Source: Squalus acanthias
Lineage: Eukaryota
Direction: 5' to 3'
NCBI GenBank assembly: GCA_030390025.1
Contig: CM059432.1
Location: 129,272,001-129,336,000 of the forward strand
Length of the DNA stretch: 64,000 nt
The notes beneath the pieces were generated by a model. That model did no database searches. It was given only the letters and a program-made list of their open reading frames with translations, and was not told where the DNA came from. Of the stretch, positions 1 to 13,299 are shown one piece after another. Position 1 is the first letter of the stretch; the number at the start of each line of letters is the position of its first letter. Position numbers and translations under genes: made by a program.

Positions 1-1117
1 AGCTCTCAAACTCCTCACTCTTCCCTGGATAAGGTGACGGGGGAGGAGGGGTGGGGGAGGGGGACCTAATGCTCCTCATTTCTCTGGGTGTAAGTTACCC
101 CGAGTGCAATAGGCGTGCAAAAACCAAGAAACTCAGGTCTCCAGTGCTACTGGCTGAAAGGCGTGCCATGGAAACGAGGCCTGTGGGCGGGCGGATTGCG
201 GAAAGGACCAAAAAGGTCGTGTAAGCTCAGGGTAAGCGATTTGGAGGCAAATGTCCCCATTTGAAATTGATCCTGTAAGTATGTGAGGAACGCGGAAGAA
301 ATTCATTCCCAGTTACTCGATACACAGCATTTCATAAAAATGTACAGGGCCCGACTATGAAGTTGAATGATTAGAATCAATAATATGTCTGCTGCCAGGG
401 GGGGGGGATCAGTTTAAGTGGGTTTATGGCGATGTCCGATAGAAGGAGGAAAAGAAATTTGTGTAAGTTGTCCTTGGATAACGCCATGCAAAGTAGATTA
501 AGCCTGTGACAGAGAATGGATATGTGTGTTTATTGATGAACAATGGAAATATTTGCATAAGACTCTTGTAACTTCAGTCCATCTGGATGACAGATTAACC
601 TGGGGGCAAAACTGTTTGCAGCAGATGCTTCAAGGTGTGGGAATTATTCTTCAGAACATTCCTAAGTTGCTTGCTAGACAAGATGCTATTTTGTTCTTGT
701 GCCCAAGAGATACACCTGAGATGCACAGTGCAAACAAATTACATACAAATGGAGGCAAATTATACCATAGAGCAGATCACTTAATTGTTGTTTGTTAAAT
801 CGAATGTGAACATGATATGAAGCTGGTATCACTAGATCAATGCTAACCACAGAAGCAACTGTCAGGGATGTATGCTTTTTAAATATTTTATAGCATTGGC
901 GTTTTGTATAGATTACAAGTGCAAACATGATTCTGTGCCTGCAACCTTGTGACTGTCAGAAGTATTAATGTGCACTGCACTGAACGTCACAGGAGTGTTT
1001 AAATGCGCCAAGCACTGAAATAGCTTTTCTTCCCCTTTCTTTTTTTCTCCCATGTCCTGAGTAGGAGGGACACATGTTGTGGTACAGTTCCTCCAGGCAT
1101 TGCCATTCTTTTTCATA

Positions 1118-1587
1118 AAGAAAGAAAGACTTGCATTTCTATAGCGCCTTTCACAACCACCGGACGTCTCAAAGTGCTTTACAGCCAATGAAGTACTTTC
1201 GAAGTGGAGTCACTGTTGTAATGTGGGAAACGCAGCAGCCAATTTGCGCACAGCAAGCTCCCACTAACAGCAATGTGATAATGACCAGATAATCTGTTTT
1301 GGTTATGTTGGCTGAGGGAGAAATATTGGTCAGGACACCGGGGATAACTCCCCTACTCTTCTTCGAAATAGTGCCATGGGATCTTTTACGTCCATTTTAC
1401 GAGGGCAGACAGGGCCTCGGTTTAATGTCTTATCCAAAAGACGGCACCTCCGACAGTGCAGCACTTCCTCAGTACTGCTCTGGAGTGTCAGCCTAGCGTT
1501 ATGTGCTCAAGTCCCTGAAGTGGGACTTGAACCCACAACCGTCTGACTCAGAGGCGAGTGTCCTCCCAACTGAGCCACAGCTGACAC
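1118..1587 (-). mobile_element. Full-length tRNA-derived Deu-core SINE (SacSINE1-like)
   Basis: Reverse strand has a tRNA-like head (GTGGCTCAGTTGG...GGTTCAAGTCCC, A/B boxes), a Deu-type core (GGAGGTGCCGTC...TAAACCGAGGCCC...AAAAGATCCCATGGCACTA) and an L2-like tail (AAAGGCGCTATAGAAATGCAAGTC(TTTC)n). Recurs many times in the window. Confidence 0.85.
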
Positions 1588-1679
1588 GCTGCACCATTTT
1601 CTTTTACATGGGCCTAGTTAGTGAGCTTTGGCCAACTGTCTATTCGAACCAAGCTCAACCTATCGCCCTGGAGCCATAC

Positions 1680-1800
1680 TAGGGTTGCCAACTGCAGTTG
1701 GAGGCATTCCTGGAGATTTAATCACATGTCATTCTGACCATATGACATTTGACACGTGATGCCAGATCACGTGGCGTCTTATCATGTAACATCTGATCAC
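1680..1800 (+). mobile_element. Left end fragment of a hAT-like non-autonomous element
   Basis: Starts TAGGGTTGCCAAC, the same terminus as the 24808-25184 element; no right end seen. Confidence 0.45.
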
Positions 1801-2239
1801 GTGACATCTGCAAATATCATTGTATTTACCTTATAAATGTTGAGTCCCCTGTAATCGAGCATCTTTGCCCGTGGTTTCATGCCGGGAGCTTTTGTGCGAG
1901 AAATTCCGAGAACCCAGAGGCCATCCGTGAGCAGGCGAAGAGAGGAAATCGAAAGTGGGGGTGTGATTCGCAGAGGTGGGGGGAAGTTCGATTCAATCAG
2001 CAACTAATAGTAACTCACTGAAATTGCTCAGTTAACTAATAATTATACTGTTAACACTCAGATTTCCTTCATAACCAACAGTGATACAATAGCTCTATAT
2101 GTAACTGGTAGTAATAGGTGTAATGCCCTGATATCCTACCTGTAACTAGTAGTATTCCAAAAGCTCGCTGATATTCGCCTTGAAACTACAGTCAATGCCA
2201 CTTTTAAAAGGTCCCATCTCTTGTCCTATCTTCTTGGAC

Positions 2240-3157
2240 TCTGGTTGATGCCAGTATCTGAGCTAGTCAGATCGAGTAACGGTGCATCTTCAGGAAGGCT
2301 GGCCTTCTCTACCTCGACTGGCAGACTGGCTTCCCCATTTCAGCACCTGTAATTAAAGAGAGGGTCAAGGATTAGCTTGTGGCATGAAGATAGAGCAGAG
2401 TGGGAGAGAGAGAGAAGCAGGTGCTGGAAGCATCTGCTGCTTGTCATGCAGAATGTGTGGGGTGAGATAGAAGTCACAAGGAACATAAAGGATTAGTTAT
2501 GGAAAAACGCTGCCTGACGTCTCCTTCAGTATTGCCAGTCACCACAGCCATGACTCTCCCCCTGCCCGCGATGGCCAACATGCTTTCTCCGAGGGGGGGG
2601 AGGGAGTGCATGCGGGCTCTTCCGCCTCCAGTGCCAGCCTGCTGTCTTCTACTGCCAGAAGAAAGGGTGTGTGTTTGTGAGAGTCTTATGAAGAGTTCAG
2701 GGAATGTGCCTGTCATGGTGGATTGACTGATAGCCAGTGTGTAAAATGTGAGTTGTGGGTAAGTCAGGGTTGTAATGGTGGTGAGTGTGAGGAGAAAGAG
2801 TTGTAGTGGTGGTGCAGTGATTGAAGGAAAGTGAAAGGAAGCAAGGAAGGGCAGTATTGTGAGTAGTGAGGCTGTAAATGGTGGAGGTGTGAGCAAAGAG
2901 TAAGAGAGCAGTATTCTTACCTTGACAGCTCTAGTGAGGTCATTGAACTTGTTCCAGCATTGCAGCCATGTCCTGGGTGCTAGGCTCCTGGCATTGACAT
3001 ACTTTGCAACCTCCTCCCATTGCCAGTATAGTAGCTGCCTGGAGGGCTCCTGCCCCCTGGGGGGAAGAGGCTGTCGCTCCTCCTGTCCACTGCCTGCACC
3101 AGGGCCTCCAAGGCAGCATCTCAGAACCATGGGACTCTCAGCATTTGCTTCAGCCAT
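2240..3157 (-). pseudogene. Degenerate Harbinger-associated Myb/SANT-like gene
   Basis: Minus-strand WEEVAKYVNARSLAPRTWLQCWNKFNDLTRAVK followed by a GTAAG donor (~2921); exon-2-like TGGGRARMHSLPPLGESMLAIAG; exon-3 motif AGCTCAGATACTGGC shared with the 41578 copy; frameshifted. Confidence 0.7.
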
Positions 3158-3728
3158 ATCTCCAATTGCAAAAGTGTTCCCCTGGTGTCTGCAGCCAGAG
3201 TGCACCTCCCCTTTAAGAGGTGCTGGCTGCCTTTAAATGCCATCAAAGATGCAAGATATCCACCCTCCCGCCACCCCCACCATTTACAGGCGTACAGCCA
3301 ACGAGTAGTGCGGGTGATTAAAATAATCAGGCAGCATGAATATTGTGTGCTGCCTATGTTAATATTAACAGGCGCGTGCAGTGCGTGCCCTGCCCTGCTC
3401 CCTGCACGCCCGATTGCAGTTGCAATCGGATTTCTAGGCCAAATTCGTTTCTCATTTTTAGCACACAGTGGCACATCAAGCACTCCAAGGTCAGGTTTAG
3501 CATGGGTTCGGTATAGAGTAAAACTCTCTCTATTCCCAACAACATAACTTCAACTTCAATTTCCTACAGCACCATTCAGCAATCATCCATCCTTGTAGTC
3601 TCTGAGTGACACAGACTAAAGGAAGCTTCACGCTGCATCTAATTACTGTACGTTCACAACCAAACTATGGGCCGTTGTGTGCTATGTACTAGTACTCACC
3701 AGGCACTGGACTAAGACCGCCGAACACC

Positions 3729-5502
3729 TTTTTAAAAATTCATTCATGGGATGTGGGCGTCGCTGACAAGGCCAGCATTTATTGCCCATCCCTAATTGCC
3801 CTTGAGAAGGTGGTGGTGAGCCGCCTTCTTGAACCGCTACAATCCGTGATGGTGAAGGTACTCCCACAGTGCTGTTACGTAGGGAGTTCCAGGATTTTGA
3901 CCCAGCGACGATGAAGGATTGGCGATATACCTCCAAGTCAGGATGGTGTGTGACTTGGAGGGGAACTTGGAGGTTGTGTTGTTCCCATGCGCCTGCTGCC
4001 CTTGTCCTTCTAGTTGGAAGAGGTTGCGGGTTTGGGAGGTGCTGCCGAAGAAGCCTTGGCGAGATGCTGCAGTGCATCTTGTAGATGGTACACACTGCAG
4101 CCACGGTACGCCGGTGGTGGAGGGAGTGAATGTTTAAGGTGGTGGATGGGGTGGCAATTAAGTGGGCTGCTTTGTCCTAGATGGTGTCGAGCTTCTTGAG
4201 TGTTGTTGGAGCTGCACTCATCCAGGCAAGGGGAGAGTATTCTATCACACTCCTTACTTGTGCCTTGTAGATGGTGGAAAGGCTTTGGGGAGTCAGGAGG
4301 TGAGACACTCGCCGCAGAATACCCAGCCTCTGACTCGCTCTTGTTGCCACAGTATTTATGTGGCTGGTCCAGTTAAGTTTCTGGTCAATGGTGACCCCCA
4401 GGATATTGATGGTGGGGGATTCAGCGATGATAATGCTGTTGAATGTCAAGGGGAGGTGGTTAGACCCTCACTTCTTGGAGATATCATTGCCTGGCACTTG
4501 TGTGGCGCAAATGTTACCTGTCACTTATCAGCCCAAGCCTGAATGTCGTCCAGGTCTTGTTGCATACGGGCATAGACTGCTTCATTATCTGAGGAGTTGC
4601 GAATGGCACTGAACATTGTGCAGTCATCAGCGAACATCCCCATTTTTGACCTTATGATGGAGGGAAGGTCATTGATGAAGCAGCTGAAGATGGTTGGGCC
4701 TAGGACACTGTCCTGAGGAACTCCTGCAGCGATGTCCTGGGGCTGTGATGATTGACCACCAACCACCACAATCATCTTCCTTTGTGCTCGGTATGACTCC
4801 AGCCAGTGGAGAGTTTTCCCCCGATTCCCATTGACTTCAGTTTTACTAGGGCTCCTTGATGCCACACTCGGTCAAATGCTGCCTTGATGTCAAGGGCAGT
4901 CACTCTCACCTCATCTCTGGAATTCAGCTCCTTTGTCCATGTTTGGACCAAGGCTGTAATAAGGTCCGGAGCCGAGTGGTCCTGGTGGAACTCAAACTGA
5001 GCATCGGTGAGCAGGTTATTGGTGAGTAACTGCCGCTTGATAGCACTGTTGATGATACCTTCCATCACTTTGCTGATGATTGAGAGTAGACTGATGGGGC
5101 GGTAATTGGCTGGTTTGAATTTGACCTGCTTTTTGTGGACAGGACATACCTGGGCAGTTTTCCACATTGTCGGGTAGATGCCAGTGTTGTAGCTGTACTG
5201 GAACAGCTTGGCTAGAGGCGCAGCTAGTTCTGGAGCACAAGTCTTCAGCACGACAGCTGGGATGTTGTCGGGGCCCATAGCCTTTGCTGTATCCAGTGTG
5301 CTCAGCCGTTTCTTGATATTACGTGGAGGGAATCGAATTGGCTGAAGACTGGCTTCTGTGATGATGGGGAGCTCAGGAGTAGGCTGATATGGATCATCTA
5401 CTCGGCACTTCTGGCTGAAGATGGTTGCAAACGCTTCAGCCTTGTCTTTTGCACTCACATGCTGGGCTCCATCATTGAGGATGGGGATATTCATGGAGCC
5501 TT
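3729..5502 (-). mobile_element. 5'-truncated CR1-group non-LTR retrotransposon (RT remnant)
   Basis: ORFs 4772-5494, 4521-4865 and 4177-4449 give RT motifs (YRPISLLS, LDIKAAFDRVWH, GVPQDSVLGP, FADD); 3' tail AATAAATGCTGGCC...CACATCCCATGAATGAA; frameshifted. Confidence 0.9.
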
Positions 5503-6506
5503 CAACCTTACAGCTGACAAAGGGAGAAGTGGGTTCAGCCTACAGAACAAAACTGTCAGCAGTTCAGCACAAAATGACAGTAATTTGATGATCTTAAATG
5601 GATAGTTAGTGTGGGAAATAGAAAAATTCATATTCACACATAAGGTTGTTCTTTTGAGGATGATGTAAAGGCCCTTTATTTGGACGTCACTCTGCATCTA
5701 ACCTCTGCCGAGGGCTTCTGGTTTGCAGGTTTGATTGCTGAAGCCCATTAAATATCAACAAATAGAAGATTTTGTGTTGCCTTCAGTGATGCTGATAAAG
5801 TTCTAATGGCCAAGTCATGTTTTGTGCCTCACTGACTTGGATACATCAGACCACCCATTTATAAAGCTGCAGGGTCGGATAATTATGTATTTTTCAATGT
5901 GAGGGAAGGAGCTAAACATCTGCTTCAAAAATGTTTATCACGTGCAGTGTGTTCCATTATTGAGATTGTTTTCCAGCAGGGATCTTCACCTTTTCACCCC
6001 TAATTCTAACTCTACCAGCGTCAATTGCACAAACTGCATTTACTGATCCTAAATTCCTTGAAAGCAAATGGCGTGCTGCAATGCATTAGCATGTCCTGGC
6101 TCCGCATCTGTGACCTCACTTTGAATCTGACTAGTTGGATTAAATGCTCTGTTGCTCTCTGCGCCAGCTGTAAGGATCTTGCACGAGAAATACCCTAAGA
6201 ATTGCCCTAAGTGCACCATGACAGCAGCCCTGGCTGCAGCACTGCTGTATTATACAAATGAGAGTTTAACCATTGAAGTCGCCCAGGCTAAAGAATGAGC
6301 TTTGAAGGAACTTTAACAGCAGCTGACCCCGCAGCTGTTAGAACTTAAAAGTGCAGTTAGCCTAAGGAGCTTCAGGCTTGAAAAATTGCCTCACAGGTGT
6401 TATTTGAAGATTGGGTAGCTCAGAAACCTCAGGTTCAGAAAACTACCTTACAAGCAAAATTCAAATGCATGAAGTTTCCAAGTTAGGGAAAATGTCTTTG
6501 CTGAAA

Positions 6507-6967
6507 GTGTCAGCCGTGGCTCAGTGGGTAGCACTCTCACTTCTGAGTCAGAAGGTTGAGGGTTCAAGTCCCTACTTCAGAGACTTGAGCACAAAAATCT
6601 AGGTTGACTGTCCAGTGCAGTGCTGCACTGTTGGAGGGTGCCATCTTTTGGGTGAGACGTTAAACCGAGGCCCTATCTACCCTCTCAAGTGGACATAAAA
6701 GATCCCATGGCACTACTTGAAGAAGAGTTGGGGATTTCACCCTGGTGTCATGGCCAATATTTATCCCTCACCCAACATCACTAAAAACAGATTATCTGGT
6801 CATTCTCACATTGCTGTTTGTGGGAGCTTGCTGTGCACAAATTGGCTGCCGCGTTTCCTACATTACAACAGTGACTACATTTCAAGAGTACTTTACGGGC
6901 TGTAAAGCACTTTGGGATGTTCTGAGATTGTGAAAGGTGCTGTATAAATGCAAGTCTTTTTTTCTTT
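6507..6967 (+). mobile_element. Full-length SacSINE1-like SINE
   Basis: GTGTCAGCCGTGGCTCAGTGGG head, GGTTCAAGTCCC B box, Deu core, tail ending AAATGCAAGTCTTT. Confidence 0.85.
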
Positions 6968-7349
6968 CTAAAAGAGAGGCGGAACTTAACATCAGCTAAG
7001 CCAGAAAGAACAATGGCGAGAATATCCTCAGGGCTGCTCTGTAATTTTGGTGGAAACCCCATTTACGCACATCAACAGGGTTTCTGCCAAACTTCCTGCG
7101 ATGTCACAGCGGCAGAGTGGGAGAAGCTCTGGGGAAATTCCTAGCAGTAGAGTTCATGTGACAGATAGGCCAGAAAAAACAAGAGCTCACGCAACATATC
7201 ACAATGGTTTAGCCAGAAAGAACTGGAGGTCACTCAACAGGTAAACTAGAAAGAGCTCGCAGGAGGTGAAATCACAGCCCAAAAAGAATTGTCAGTTCCA
7301 CACCAAGGAACACTCCTAGAAGGAGTCAAGCCAACACAGTAACGTAGTA

Positions 7350-7480
7350 ACCGTAGGAACAGGAGTAGGCCATTCAGCCGCTCAGGCCTGCTCTGCCATT
7401 CAATTAGATCCTGGCTGATCTGCACCTCAACTCTATTTTTCTGCCTTTGCTCCATATCCCTTGATCCCCTTACCTAACAG
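7350..7480 (-). mobile_element. CR1/HER-like LINE 3' tail fragment
   Basis: GGAACAGGAGTAGGCCATTCAGC...ATATCCCTTGAT is the reverse complement of the CR1 3' ends near 33860-33918 and 50100-50207. Confidence 0.7.
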
Positions 7481-7919
7481 AAAATCAAGCAAAGACTAGT
7501 TGAATGCGTTAATGAGAACCCAAATGAAATTGGGAAATGAGTGTGTTCAGATATGTGTGCGACCTTTTGTGCACAGGTTTCTATAGCTGATCATAAGCCT
7601 GTGACAATGGAGAGAAAAGTCAAGTTCATGCACTTTATCTATTGCAGTTTTATATTTATATTTTATATAATTATATGACTAGCCTAAGGATATAATAAAT
7701 TTGCACAGTATATATATCTCTATTATGCAAATACCAGTTGTGAGCTGACTTAATCTTGAAGTCCACGGACAGAAACTGGGCAATCTCGTCAAAACTACTG
7801 TTAATTTTACTGTATTTTTTCTTACTGTTCTATTGATCAGAATTTTTCACTGTCGTACAACCGAACATCTTGCTATGATCACCTTTCATTTATTATCTCT
7901 TACATTAATCACTGAGGAA

Positions 7920-8108
7920 TACGGTGTGGTGCTGAGCTATTCATACCAGCAAAGTCCCATGCTAGTCCTTAGTCTGTTCTGAATTAAGGTGTGGCAGTGG
8001 TAGGGGTGCTAAAATACACCTCAGTATTCCCAGGTTAGAAGTGGGGGGCGGTCAAATCAGCAATGTTTCTTGCTCCTGAATGACATCCAGCAACTCCAAC
8101 TGGAAGGT
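7920..8108 (+). mobile_element. Old AmnSINE2-like SINE fragment
   Basis: GGTGTGGTGCTGAGC...GTAGGGGTGCTA...CCTCAG...AAATCAGC...GCTCCTGA...ATCCAG resembles the AmnSINE2 consensus as recalled; homologous to 9690-10125, 25425-25700 and 58530-58780. Confidence 0.55.
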
Positions 8109-8371
8109 CTTCCAAATAATGAATGGAATTAAAGAAGTTATTTGACTTGGATGATGAGGAAAGGACAAGAAGTCACAGGTACAAAGTTCACACAGCTCAA
8201 GCAAGGTTAGCGATTTGGAAAACTTTCATCCTCCACAGGATAACCCAACATGGGGAGCAGATGCTCAAAGAAGGTAGTTGATTTGGGGACAACTGACATG
8301 TTAAAAATGGTGCTGGATCAATATCTGTTGAGAAGGTGATTGAAGGTTAGAAAGGTATTGGGTAAACATTT

Positions 8372-8531
8372 GGGGGAAGTTTTAACCTAAACCGCCCGGC
8401 AGGAAACTGACGGAATTGGATTCGCTGCCCAGTTTACACCGTGTCCGATTTCACTTCCGGTTGAAGTAAAACGGGCGGCCAATCCGATCCCGCCAGTTTC
8501 CCGCCAGCCGGGTTAGGTTAAAATTAATCCC
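8372..8531. mobile_element. Palindromic MITE (~160 bp)
   Basis: Long imperfect inverted arms (TTTTAACCTAAACCG...GGAAACTGACGGAATTGGATT / AATCCGATCCCGCCAGTTTCC...GGTTAGGTTAAAA), GGG...CCC ends. Confidence 0.7.
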
Positions 8532-9489
8532 AATGTCTCTACACTCCAAGCGCATGCTGGAAGCACATATCCCAAAATGACACACCTAGAGCTATGATTT
8601 TCCACCCATTAAACGTATTGTACAGCAAATCATGGCTGGGACCCGTGTGGGCTTTTGCAATTAACGCACCTGGCATGCTGGGGGCGTAGAAATGGAACGT
8701 TTGCATCTGCTTGATCTTATTTTTCAGGGGACTTTGGGAGAGGAAATAAGGGGCTGAATTTCCACTGCTGGTACAGGGACGTTTTGCGTAATTTGTGCCA
8801 TGTGCTTGATGTTGGAGAGAGCCTTCAAAGTACTGGTGCAGGTGAGTCCCAGAATTGGTGTCATATAGAACCTGCATAGAAAAGACATCTTTCTGAGCAG
8901 CATCACTTCATCGAATCTTTTGAGAGTGTGCAAAGAACATTGCACTGTATAAGGACTAGTACGGAAGAGTCCATTGGCCACATCAGTGCAGTAACTGTTG
9001 ATTGCATAACAGAACTGCAGTATGTAGCAGCCCCAGAGCTATCTGCAGGTTAGCCCCCTCTTACCAGAGGTCCTAAGCACACCTGTGGGCTTTGCCAGGA
9101 GTGCCATAACTGATGGTATGGACACCTTGGGCTCCAATCTCTTGTGAGTCTGTTCTTATGGGATTTTCTATGCTTTTCGAAGGCATGCTAATTTACTGCT
9201 CCACCCAATCCCCCTTTCAACTCATTATTATTTGTCCTCAAACTATGTCACAATGGTATCTCAGAACACAAGTAAGTTAGGAAGTCCTTACTGAGAGCAA
9301 TTCTTGCCCCGTGCCTGCGTTGTTGGTGCTCCTGAGATCGCATTGTGCTTCATGGTGAGTCTTTGACTAGTCTGATTTCTGTTGTGACCCTGTGACTATA
9401 CCTCCAGCTGGCATGCACCTTGATATCCAATAGGTTTACCTGCTCGAGGAGTGTTAAGGGGAGTCTACCTGCTTCTGAGTACTCACTAG

Positions 9490-9672
9490 AACAGATTATC
9501 TGGTCATCATCACATTGCAGTTTGTGGGAGCTTGCTGTGCGCAAATTGGCTTCCACATTTCCTACATTACAAGAGTGACTACATTTCAAAAGTACTTCAT
9601 TGGCTGTAAAGCGCTTTGGGACATCCTGAGGTCATGAAAGACGCTATATAAATGCAAGTCTCTCTTTTCTTT
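9490..9672 (+). mobile_element. SacSINE1-like SINE, 3' half
   Basis: AACAGATTATCTGGTCAT...AAATGCAAGTCT matches the 3' part of 6507-6967. Confidence 0.8.
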
Positions 9673-9689
9673 CTGCTTTTTTCTTTTTC

Positions 9690-10125
9690 CTCCCCGCTCC
9701 AATTGTCCCTCATATTTGTCTCCGTATTCTGCCTTTCTTGAAGGCGGTGGAGAGGTCAGTTCTCCAAGTGGTGGCAGCAGTTGCCTAAGTTGGCTATTCT
9801 TCACATATGTACCTGGACAAGTCAATTTTCTGGCAGGCAATTCAATCACTGGGTGTATCACAGCCAATCCCATTCCTATCCTCATCCGCGATGCACACAC
9901 ACAAACACACAGTTTTGTAGCAGAGGAAACTGGATAGCAAATCAGAGCAGGAACCCTGGCTGACCTTTGTCCTCTCTAGCCCAAGGGTTCTGAGACCTAT
10001 TGCAACTGTATAATCTCAACCGATATCAGTAACTTGGCGTAGAGCAGGGACTGAACATAGAACCTTTCCTGACCAGTTTAGCTCAGTATCACACCACCTG
10101 GTGCATTTGCTCATCAAGCCTTCAA
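9690..10125 (-). mobile_element. Old AmnSINE2-like SINE
   Basis: CTGGATAGCAAATCAGAGCAGGAACCCTGGCTGA...GCTCAGTATCACACC, the reverse of the 7920 copy; near full length, highly diverged. Confidence 0.6.
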
Positions 10126-10210
10126 AGAGATTTTTTTTTGAAATGATGCACTGGAATGTGGCTTGAGTTTACTGTAACTCTGCGGAATCTGACATCCATT
10201 TAAACACTGA

Positions 10211-10580
10211 GGGGAAAAAATTCAGTTGGTTTGCGCCTCCCGTTAGCGCTTTAAGAGGGCGCTAATGGGGCGCAAAGCAACTAGCGCCCGGGCGCGGCGA
10301 TGTTTGCGCCGCTCACGAAATTAACTAGACATTTTGCGGCGGCGCTAAACACTACCGCCATGATCTCCTGTGCCGGCAGATCGTGACGTCAGTCGAGTGC
10401 GCAACGCCCCGGTAGCGCCCCGGACCGGATATTGAGTGGCGCCCCCTGCCTTACCGCCTGCCGCTAGCAACGGCAGGTTGAGGGGAGCGTTTTGCAGTCA
10501 GGAAGGGACTGGGGGAGCGCTATTTAAAGGCAACCGCTTCCTGCCTTTTTTGTTGGTGACATTTTTGCACCACGCATTCT

Positions 10581-10611
<31 letters not shown>

Positions 10612-11113
10612 CTGGAGAGATTCAACGCTGTGTGAAGGAGTTTTGGGTACTGAGCAGCACTTTGCAGGTTCATTTTGATTTGCCCTTCCTTGTATCGATT
10701 TAGAAGAGACTGTGGGGGCTGCACTGTGAGCTCTTTCCCTGGTTCTCTCCATTGTTCTTTCCAGCAGATTTGATGTACAGGTCTCTCCAGGCCGAGATTC
10801 AAGGCTGCAATGAGCAGGATGTGGATGGAGAGCAAGATCAACCCTCCCCTTTAAGAACTGGCCGGCGCCATTGTGTGTGTGTTCCATTGCTGACTGACAT
10901 TACATGAGCTTTACCAGCGCTCTGAGTTAGCGCCTCGCTCCTCGGCCTTTGCGCCTTAAGACAGTTGTGAAGCGCCTGATTTAGCGCTCCAATCACCTCC
11001 AGGGGCGATAAAAGTCAAGTTTGTAGTCGGAGGCGATAATTAGCACCAGGTGCTAATCTTTGCGCCCGGCCGATAATTGCACCCCAAATGAGGCGATACT
11101 GAATTTCTCCCCC
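10211..11113. mobile_element. Harbinger-like non-autonomous DNA transposon/MITE
   Basis: 16-bp imperfect TIRs GGGGAAAAAATTCAGT / ACTGAATTTCTCCCCC; flanks TGA/TAA; CpG-rich subterminal GCGCC repeats; internal (GA)n at 10581-10608. Confidence 0.75.
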
Positions 11114-12078
11114 TAAGTACAGTAGTAATCAGTCCAAATGCTCTTCCCTCGTGCAACAGTTAATTGTATTGTAGACTGAAGGTTTAGCAGGGGCCTTGTG
11201 AAAACAGCAACCTAGAAATTACAGTCGGCAATAGTAGCAGAAGAAAGCTTAACATTCATATGACATGACTTTGCTCTACTTTAGGGGAGCACTCAACCCA
11301 TTTAAAACATCCATTTAAAATAAACAGGTCAACTCCTCTCTTAAAATACCAGGCAGAGGAATATCATATGAATGCGTAATGATTCATCTGCCAATATCGC
11401 CACGTCAGTTTTAGGTCCATGTTTTGTGAGAACGTCAGTAGATGTTCTCCTGTTAGCAACTGAATGAACCAATTGTCCATCAGCCTTGTAAAGGCTCTCA
11501 CAAAAAAAGAAAACCAAAAGCTGGAATGACAGAAAGGACAGGAATATTAGAGGAGATTTTATGAACTTGTGCTTCTGGTGTGGAGATTTACCTTCCCCCC
11601 CCACCCCATTAGAGACTTCAACATTTTTATTTATCTATGTAATTCTACACTCTACTGAAACTGTCTCCTTTTTATTCCCAGACAACGAACATGTCAGCAG
11701 TGTCTTTGGTATGCTGGTAGCAGGATGTTATTATAATTTAAACCACAGAGCATTTATTCAAATCAGAGAACAAACACTGAACATTTAAACCACGAGAATG
11801 ATGTTAGATGACATTTAAATGCAAATCACTTCAATTAGTTTGACATTAAACAATTTATTTATGCAACGTTGCACGAACTGAACCTGAGGACCGCCTAAAA
11901 CATGATCCTGTCTCAACGATTTTTATTCTACCAGGTTTCCAGTGGGTCTCCCATGGTATTTTTACAGGTAGTCCAAGATCTGTCAAGTGGTTTCTGACAC
12001 TTACTGCAGTGTTGGTGCTGTCTAAACACAACAGCTGTTCCCTCTTTGATGTAATACAAGCAAATTTAGCAACACAGT

Positions 12079-12866
12079 GGGCCGGAATTTGCTGGCAAAA
12101 TAACGGCGCGCTTCATGGCGCTCGCCATTATCGGTGCGTAAATAGTTCAGCAACTTGTGGCGAGGAAGAGATACCCCGTGAGCTGTGAATCACCGCAAAT
12201 TGCTGGACGATTTACACCGCTAGCCTCGTGAAAACGGCAGATTGCCGTCAATCTCCCTTTGAGTTTCAAGAAATTGCTGCATTTGCGCATTAATTGCCAA
12301 TTAAACTCGCTGCAGATAGTTAGGACTGGTATTTAACAGCATAAGAACCCTTTTAATGACGAGATTTATGTTCCTGCAATGCCACGCAACTGCTCCGGCC
12401 CAAAAAGAGAGCAAGTTAATCTGTGGAGTCTTATTCCTACAGGTAGTAAATTGTTCTTAGAGATTTTTGAAATTAGCATTTTATTTATTTTATCCTTTCT
12501 TTTCCTTTCTGTCTCTTTTTTTCTCTCTTAATCCAATCTTTCTTTCCCTCTCTTTATTTTTCTTGCTGTACCTGATTTGACTCTAATTCAGCGTCACCAT
12601 CTTTCCTCCATTTCTTTCTCTATTCTTAAATCTAATTGGTTAAGGAGATACACCGTTGGTCCTGTCATTCACCAAGGTCCCAGATGCCCCTTTGACCTCG
12701 CTGTGCCGTCATCAGCTCGCACTTCCAGCAAATTGTGTTGCAAAACTTTTTGAGCTGAAGGGTGAGGGAAAAAATCTAACTAACGGGACATGCCGTAAGC
12801 TTCTGGGCCTATCTATCACGGCTGGGTTTCCTGATTCTGCGCTCACCAGATTGCAAGATTCTACCC
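12079..12866. mobile_element. Harbinger-like non-autonomous element
   Basis: GGGCCGGAATTTGC start and GCAAGATTCTACCC end (imperfect TIR); CpG-rich ends around an AT-rich core. Confidence 0.5.
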
Positions 12867-13299
12867 ATTAAAGTGAAAGGCCGGAAAATCCTGGGCTGAC
12901 AAGTACATGAGCGGAAAACCCTGGCCCACATGTCTGATTCAAGCTAACAATATTACATACCTTACTGATATTGATACAGGCCTCCCAGATATGTTTGTTT
13001 GTTCTATTCTTTGCCTACCACTTTGGGTGGAGTGAGCCTTTGGCTTAGTGGTGGCCTTTGAATCATGAGGTGATGGGTTCGAGCTCCACTCCAGACAGGC
13101 CCGATGAGTGGAAACTCAAATATGGGGGTAGAGTTTCCGCTTTGGGCGCAATTGCCGATTCTGGGGCAAATTGTGCCTTGTTGTAAAGTGTTTTTTTCCC
13201 CGAGATTCCCGCACAGAGAATCAAGGGGCATATGTTGTCTGCTGGCGGCACAAATTGGAAATTCAGTGCACACTACCTACAATTTTCTGACCATAATTT

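Noticed and set aside
6507..6590. tRNA gene-like sequences (also 13031-13096, 18455, 56644)
   Set aside because: SINE heads with A/B boxes; they run into SINE bodies or are isolated decayed heads and do not give a clean cloverleaf.
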